DNA of 53,217 nucleotides, filler included, from Perkinsus olseni (Eukaryota): NCBI GenBank assembly GCA_013115125.1. It is 2 parts of 2 records of this genome, joined end to end, with 100 filler letters (N's around TTAATTAATTAA, not from the genome) between each part and the next. Parts side by side here need not be neighbours in the genome. Positions count along the whole stretch, not along the records: positions 26,681 to 53,217 come from JABANN010000478.1; 1 more part is not named here. One strand, 5' to 3'. Shown piece by piece: positions 47,430 to 53,217 of this stretch (position 1 is its first letter; each line of letters starts with the position of its first letter). The notes under the pieces were generated by a model. It saw only the letters and a program-made list of their open reading frames with translations, ran no database searches and was not told where the DNA came from. The position numbers and the translations under genes were made by a program.

Positions 47430-49000
47430 CGTCGGTTTCGGCCGTCAAAGAACAGTATCTATCGACCAAGGCTTGCGGGGTCGGCTCTGTTCGTCGACCA
47501 GCCTACTCGTGTAGGTAACTGCATGTGACCGTCCTCCATGTATGCTGCGGAGAGGGCATCAGGGGAGCTACAGGCGTACACCTTCCCAGCCGCGGTCACG
47601 AAGACCTGACCCTGGGTGAGTCGACCGAGTCCGGGGCGAATACCGTCGACTCTACCGAGTGTGAATGGCCGCAGGACAGGTGTGCCACCGATTCAGATTC
47701 CGGAAGGGCGACTGGCCTCGGATAGCGGGTATCGCCATCACCACCTGAATACTCTCGTCGTGCTCAGTGGAACGTCGAAACAACGTGGACGATGACCTCG
47801 CACTGAGTTCCCGCTCATGGGAAGCTAAACGCCCCTCTGATTCAGAGGCTCTGAATCGAGGGGTTCCTCAGCTCCGCGCGCAACTAGCTTGAGAGCGCTC
47901 TATTGCTCATTTCACCTTTCCCATCATCAGCTTCTTCTGGGCGGTGATGCTCATCGTCAGGACGAGCACGCCAGCTAGTAGTCCAGGTTAACACTCTGGG
48001 AGAACAGAGCTGCCCTAGCAGCCCTGTGCCGGCTCCCTTACTCCATTCTAGAACCCTCGGACTCCACCAAGGCTAACGAGTAAGTATCGCCCAGCTCATA
48101 TTGTACCATGTGGACACCCTCTTCCCCCAAGACATCAACCTCGCGTGCCTGGGCATCACGAGCTCCGCTCAGCGCATTGCTTGTTGAACCCACCCTCGGC
48201 CCAACGCCTGCACCCCACTCGAACAGACGCTCTCCAGGAGCGCACACGCAGCCACTTCTGTCTCGGCACGCCGCAATCATGACCACAGCACGACCATCAC
48301 CGGGGAGAGTAACCTGCCCGTCTCCGATGTGGTGAGAATATGAACAGCGAAGAGGCTACTTTCGAGATCGTGTTCCTTTCTCCTATGTCGCTGGAGTATG
48401 GACTCAGTTGCCCTTCAGCGTTCGAGCCGCAGGAGAACAACTCCCCGTCGTTCGTCAGGAGGAGAACGTGGTCGCGGCCGAAAGCCACATTACGGATTCG
48501 ACGCGACATCCAAGCGTGCAAAGGCTTGGATCGCGCAAGAATTCCTCCGAGGTTCAGCGCCATCATGGTTCTGAAGACTGCTGCCTTACAGCGAGAGAGC
48601 TTAACTTCACGCCCTCACCCATATTCGCTGCAGCGATCTTCAAGTTGCGTTGATAACGCCCATGAACCGTTGGCGCCAATGGTCACGGTGGGCTGTTGAA
48701 TCGGGTCCTGACTGCGAGGATGGAGGCAAGCTGCGGATGCAGGATGCAGCACAGCATACAAGGTTCGACACTTCGCGCGTGTGCGTGGATGGTACGGAAG
48801 ACGCCGCCTCGAAAAGTTGATGGTCCAAGTCGTTGTAGGTCGCGTCGCCGTCGCTGATGAGTAGCTGACTGAACTCATCCAGAACTCTATGTTCGAGTAC
48901 GCCGACCTCAGTCCAATGGAGTTCTTCCAGTCGCTCTTCGCCTGGCTCCCTCCTAGCTGTACTGGACACAGCAGGATGCCACTCGAACAGTCTAACAAAC
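47430..49000 (-). CDS. RCC1-repeat protein, multi-exon
   Basis: IRNVAFGRDHVLLLTNDGELFSCGSNAEGQL, MIAACRDRSGCV...LFEWG, YELGDTYSLAL and VAHLSCGHSHS...VTAAGKVYAC. Confidence 0.75.
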
Positions 49001-50129
49001 TCTTGCTGTGCGTCGCTTCACGAACGACAGCTCGGCTCACGCTACCTTTCGTCCACCGTCACGATAGCGACGTCGTCTCCAGCGACTGACGCGTCCGCTA
49101 CCGACCCTGGTACCGGTATCCGGCGAGGCAACCCTCTGAAGGGACGTGCTCAGTAATGCCCTTTTCTAAAGAGAACGTACTTTCCACTGTGGAGTGCTGC
49201 GTCATCGAAGTAAAAAGCAGCGAGACTCCGACTCACAGTCATTCTTCTGCCCTATCAGAGCTGCTGCAGAGCCCTCGGCATCGAAGCAAGACTGAGCTAG
49301 GCTTTCCACGCTTCAACAACCGGCCAGCTCCCGAGCCAACAGGTATCGAAAACTCAAGGGTTCGGCTCTCAAGTATTTTGGTAAGTCGTACCCTTTGAGT
49401 TAGAGAAGGACACTCAGCAGCTATTCGACATCTTCGAAGGCCGCAAGTGACGGTGCAGCATAAGCCTCGGCAGGAGAGCATTGTCACGGCCATGTCTTAC
49501 GATAGACTGATAGCAAACATATATTCTTACTGTTTTACCACGAGTAAAACCGGTATAATTACGGATTGGTTCGCTCAGCTCATAATCGCCCAGAACCGGT
49601 GCTCCACGAGGTTGATGGAACTCTTTCCTTAAATGCCGGGGATTCGCCGAAGAACAGGGAGAATAAAGCATGAATCTGAGCGGCCGTCAATGAGGGGCGA
49701 TCTACCGATGATGCATTCGTGATTAGTTTGCTTCCTCTTGTTTGTTTCTCCGCTCCTCAGGATGCCAGCCATACTCTCCAGCGTCCGATTGGCTCCGCCG
49801 CTACTACCAATCTTACCACCCCTGATCAAAGCTGGACAACTAGTGGCCCCAGTAGTGCCGAATCCGCCCTCGGAATCTCGGAACTAAGTCATACTGATAG
49901 TGGTAACCGTCATCGAGGTGGCAAGCAATCCGGCAGCTGTGTGAGAGTGACTATCAGAAGCGTCCGTACGTTGGTCTAAGTTTAAACCCCCTATTAAATT
50001 TGGAAACTCACCGAGCGCTTAGGGAAACATAGTGTACATGAGATACCTCCGTGAGAGAGGAAGACGAAACCGATTTTTCGCCGACTACATTTGGTTCTAC
50101 GGAAGTTCCACGCGCTCATTCCCTCTTGT

Positions 50130-52313
50130 CAGTTCCTGGCCAAGATAGCGGCCAAGGGGGCTCTGAGCAAATACATCGTAGCGTCGAAAACAAAGATACT
50201 GATAGGATCAAAGTGGACGGCTAAAGCACTGCCACTGGCGCGAGTGTAGCATGAAGCTGGGGCCAGAGAGCGTGCCTTTGGTACACGATCACAATGCAGT
50301 TACTCGATAAAGCAGAAGGCGAATGGCAAAAGCCACGAGGAATATCATTTTTGGATATTCGACAAGTCGGTGGCGGTTTTATCAGTGCTCACCGCTAGTG
50401 TGACAACTCTCATCATTCTTGGCAGTCTCGAGAGGAATCCTTTCAATGAGAGGTACTACTGATGGAGTCCTGTCACACGTTACGCTGGTACCACTGATCG
50501 AGCCATCGGAGCCTCCGATTCGGAGGTCTCATGGAAGGGTCGCTGGCATCAGAAAATAATCTATTCCCCTGCTCAGTTGACCAATTCTAAAACTCAGAAT
50601 CGAGCCAGGAATTCGCGAGATTTTTACACGTAAAATGCAGTTCTCGAATCGATCCTGAAATGGTTTATTGAACACCCCCCTATGCGCGGGAACCGTCACT
50701 CCCCCGGTCCGCAATGCCTTATTTCGGTTGAGTCCCTGAGTGAGCATAGATTGCTCTCAGATGGCGTCTGCTGCATCTGTCGATTGCCGAAGAACGAGAG
50801 CTCGGTGAGCAGGCCGCCAGGAGTATTCTAGAGGAGTGCCTCTCGAACGACGTAGGTCGATGAAGCCGCAGAGGAGCTAGAGGCGGAGGTCAGGCCCGCG
50901 CTGTCCTCGCAGCCGACCACCCGTTGAACCGTGAGGTAGTCCGTATAGTGGCAACTCTGAACGAAGAATTACCCGCTCTACTGGACGATTATCTAACGAG
51001 GTGAGTAGCCTGCGCTCGAGGTAACGGAGCCGAGGTTCCGTGTATCAGTTCAGGAGCATCACATCACGCTTGGGAGCAGAGGAGAGAGCTCATTCCGCAG
51101 TGGAAAGTGGGAATCGTCCCAAGGGCTGTATAGGGAGCCGAAGCCGCTGTAGGTGCACCTCATCCTCTCCGACACCTGCAACGCTACCTGCCTGCCGAGT
51201 GGTGACATTTTCATTTACGCCGGATGCGTTGCACGGTGAGGCCTTATCGTGTAGGAGTTGTCCCTCGAATCGCTCGTCAGGTGCGGCACTCGAGATCGTC
51301 TAGCGGCTATAATAGCACACGAGATGGCTCACGTAATTAGCCGACACGGTAGTCAGGCGGTCAGCGGCTCCTTGGTTGATGGAATGAGCTTAGGTGCTGA
51401 GCAAATGAGCGCCGCTGCCATAATGGACGTCCCTCTCGGGTGAGGCAGTCGTACGGCCCTTGAACAAGCGTTTCTGTCTTCGACTCCGACCATCTGTACC
51501 GCCAAATTCTCAACCATTTGGTTGGAAGATACTTCTCCTCCTTCGCGACGTTGTCCATGACCGCCTTTGGCATATTCCGCTATATCCTCATGTGGCACCG
51601 CCCACCCACCAGTTGGATAGTCGATCTACCGTAGGAGTCTGAGTGGCGGTGCAGTCGCGTACGGCAGCCATCAGGTACTCGCGGCACTGTGAGCATGAAG
51701 CCGATGTGCTGGGTATGGAACTGATGAGCCGGGCCGGATACGACCCCCGTGCTGCCGTGAGTTCACAACTTCTTTGGGAGACGCCACTTGAGATCGCGAA
51801 CGGCGCAAACTGAATGTGCATGAGCGGAGCGAAGTCGGAAAAGTGGAGTGACTCTGCTATTTCTGGGCTCTGCGTGGCGTACATGGGAGTTTCCTCTCTG
51901 AGTGGTTGATGATCGGAGGCAGAGGGAATATCCGGAAGCTGCTTGGCAGGAGGTGTTTGCATCAGGTAGGGTCGCAAGCAGTACTGGAGGCCGGTAGCCG
52001 GTCTAACAGCAAGCCGTCATGGGCGCGGACGCACCCTCCATCGGAAGACCGAGCATCAATTCTCCGAGCCAACTTGCCTCACTGCCTGCAACTGTACGCA
52101 ATGAACGCGGCAAAGGAGATCCACACTGAGGCCGCATTGGCTGTGGATGAGGGCTCCTTTACGAACCGTATCAAGAGCCTGATCTTCGGGACGGTGGACC
52201 CCCAGCGGCGCCGTCTGGAAGGTTGGTCTGTCGTATGCGTTGTCGCGTTTACTGCCCTATTTTCTCTCAGACACGATAGAGTACTGGTCCAGAGTCTTGC
52301 GCGAGGACATTGA
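50130..52313 (+). CDS. M48 zinc metallopeptidase, OMA1-like, multi-exon (start uncertain)
   Basis: LERNPFNE/RWRLLHLSIAEERELG, NATCLPSGDIFIYAG, LAAIIAHEMAHVISRHG (HExxH), YSRHCEHEADVLGMELMSRAGYDPRAA and THPPSEDR. Confidence 0.85.
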
Positions 52314-53031
52314 GCGCCGGTACTGGGATGAACCACTGCAGACCGATTCGAGAGAGTCGCTATCTTCTAAGCATTTACGAGAACTCCTCTCTGGCGTGTA
52401 GCACGTTTCGGCTCGATGCCTGTTTGGTTGAAGTCGCTACTTCTCAACATGCTTCAGGCCGTGAAATGGTTATTCCGGTCTACATTTTCTGGACCATCTC
52501 CGTACCAGACTGTAAGTGGGCTGGGCCAACTGAGAGAGGCCCTCCCATAGTCGATTACGGCATTACAGCAGAGTGGCACCGCGGAAGTTGCACGGTGAAA
52601 GTCTCTTGGCGAGAGCCGCAGCGACTCCCTGAGAGAGGACCCACGAAAAGTTCAAATTGTGCGACGCTGACCTGGCTGGAAATCCCGATTTCGGATTCGC
52701 TAAAGGGCAATGGTCAGTCGGCGATGGGGATACATCATGCAGACACGATAAGAAGCCTTTTGTGCCACTCCGTGTTGTTCCGCTTGCGCTGTTATTGCTG
52801 TATCAACAGCATGTTCCAGAAGCAACATAGCCAGTTTTTTGAAGACAACTCGTTGCTCGTCGAAGTGATTTCCAGGAAGTCCATTGCTCTCACCCAATGC
52901 AAGTTGGGAGGTGGTAATCCTGCCCCGAGGTACGAATCGCAATGTTTTCCAAGCACGTATGGTAAGCCAACGGCCGTTTAACGGTTCATCTTGCAGCTAA
53001 CACTGCCGCCTGGGTTGAATTCCACATTCAA

Positions 53032-53103
53032 AGTCGCTACCCGGATTTGAACCGGGGTTGTCACGGCCACAACGTGACGTCCTGACCACTAGACGATAGC
53101 GAC
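53032..53103 (-). tRNA. tRNA-His (GUG)
   Basis: Minus strand GTCGCTATCGTCTAGTGGTCAGGACGTCACGTTGTGGCCGTGACAACCCCGGTTCAAATCCGGGTAGCGAC-T forms a full cloverleaf: 7-bp acceptor stem, anticodon stem TCACG/CGTGA with GTG, and a TTCAAAT T-loop. Confidence 0.97.
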
Positions 53104-53217
53104 GCGAAAGAGCGCTTACTTGCATCGCATTGAGTGCCATACTCCTTCTCCGATGGCACAGCACGATTCCTGCCGCTGAGTGCATAGCACAGGGCGCTTC
53201 CGCCGCGTGTATATTGC

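Noticed and set aside
1-53217. Spliced-leader RNA gene or relic SL (ACCGTAGCCATCTTGGCTCAAG-like)
   Set aside because: I looked on both strands by eye and found no convincing match.

Overview
Intron-rich eukaryotic (alveolate) genomic DNA, most likely Perkinsus. This is inferred from the ~45-70 nt GT-AG introns, dense gene packing and gene content. Two contigs are joined at 26581-26680 by N's around an artificial TTAATTAATTAA linker. The left contig holds the 3' part of a DIRS-like tyrosine-recombinase element, a secreted-protein gene with an in-frame TAG, a 9-bp-block minisatellite, kinesin-3, MAK16, a VIT1/CCC1 transporter, an SR-like RRM protein and two tandem paralogous ~37-aa helical-repeat (HPR-like) genes. 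The right contig holds a partial aspartic protease, a PZP/PHD protein, an MFS sucrose-type transporter, MTR4, an ICME-like esterase, IQ and RCC1 proteins, an OMA1-like M48 peptidase and tRNA-His(GUG). The main find is that the second helical-repeat protein ends in an intact zinc-deaminase domain (HGE-x31-PCVSC). This architecture parallels plant PPR-DYW RNA editors, and the adjacent paralog lacks the domain. Other notable signals are a dispersed 17-bp motif GCTTCAACCTAAGATAC and a U73 tRNA-His. Exon boundaries were read by eye and are approximate.
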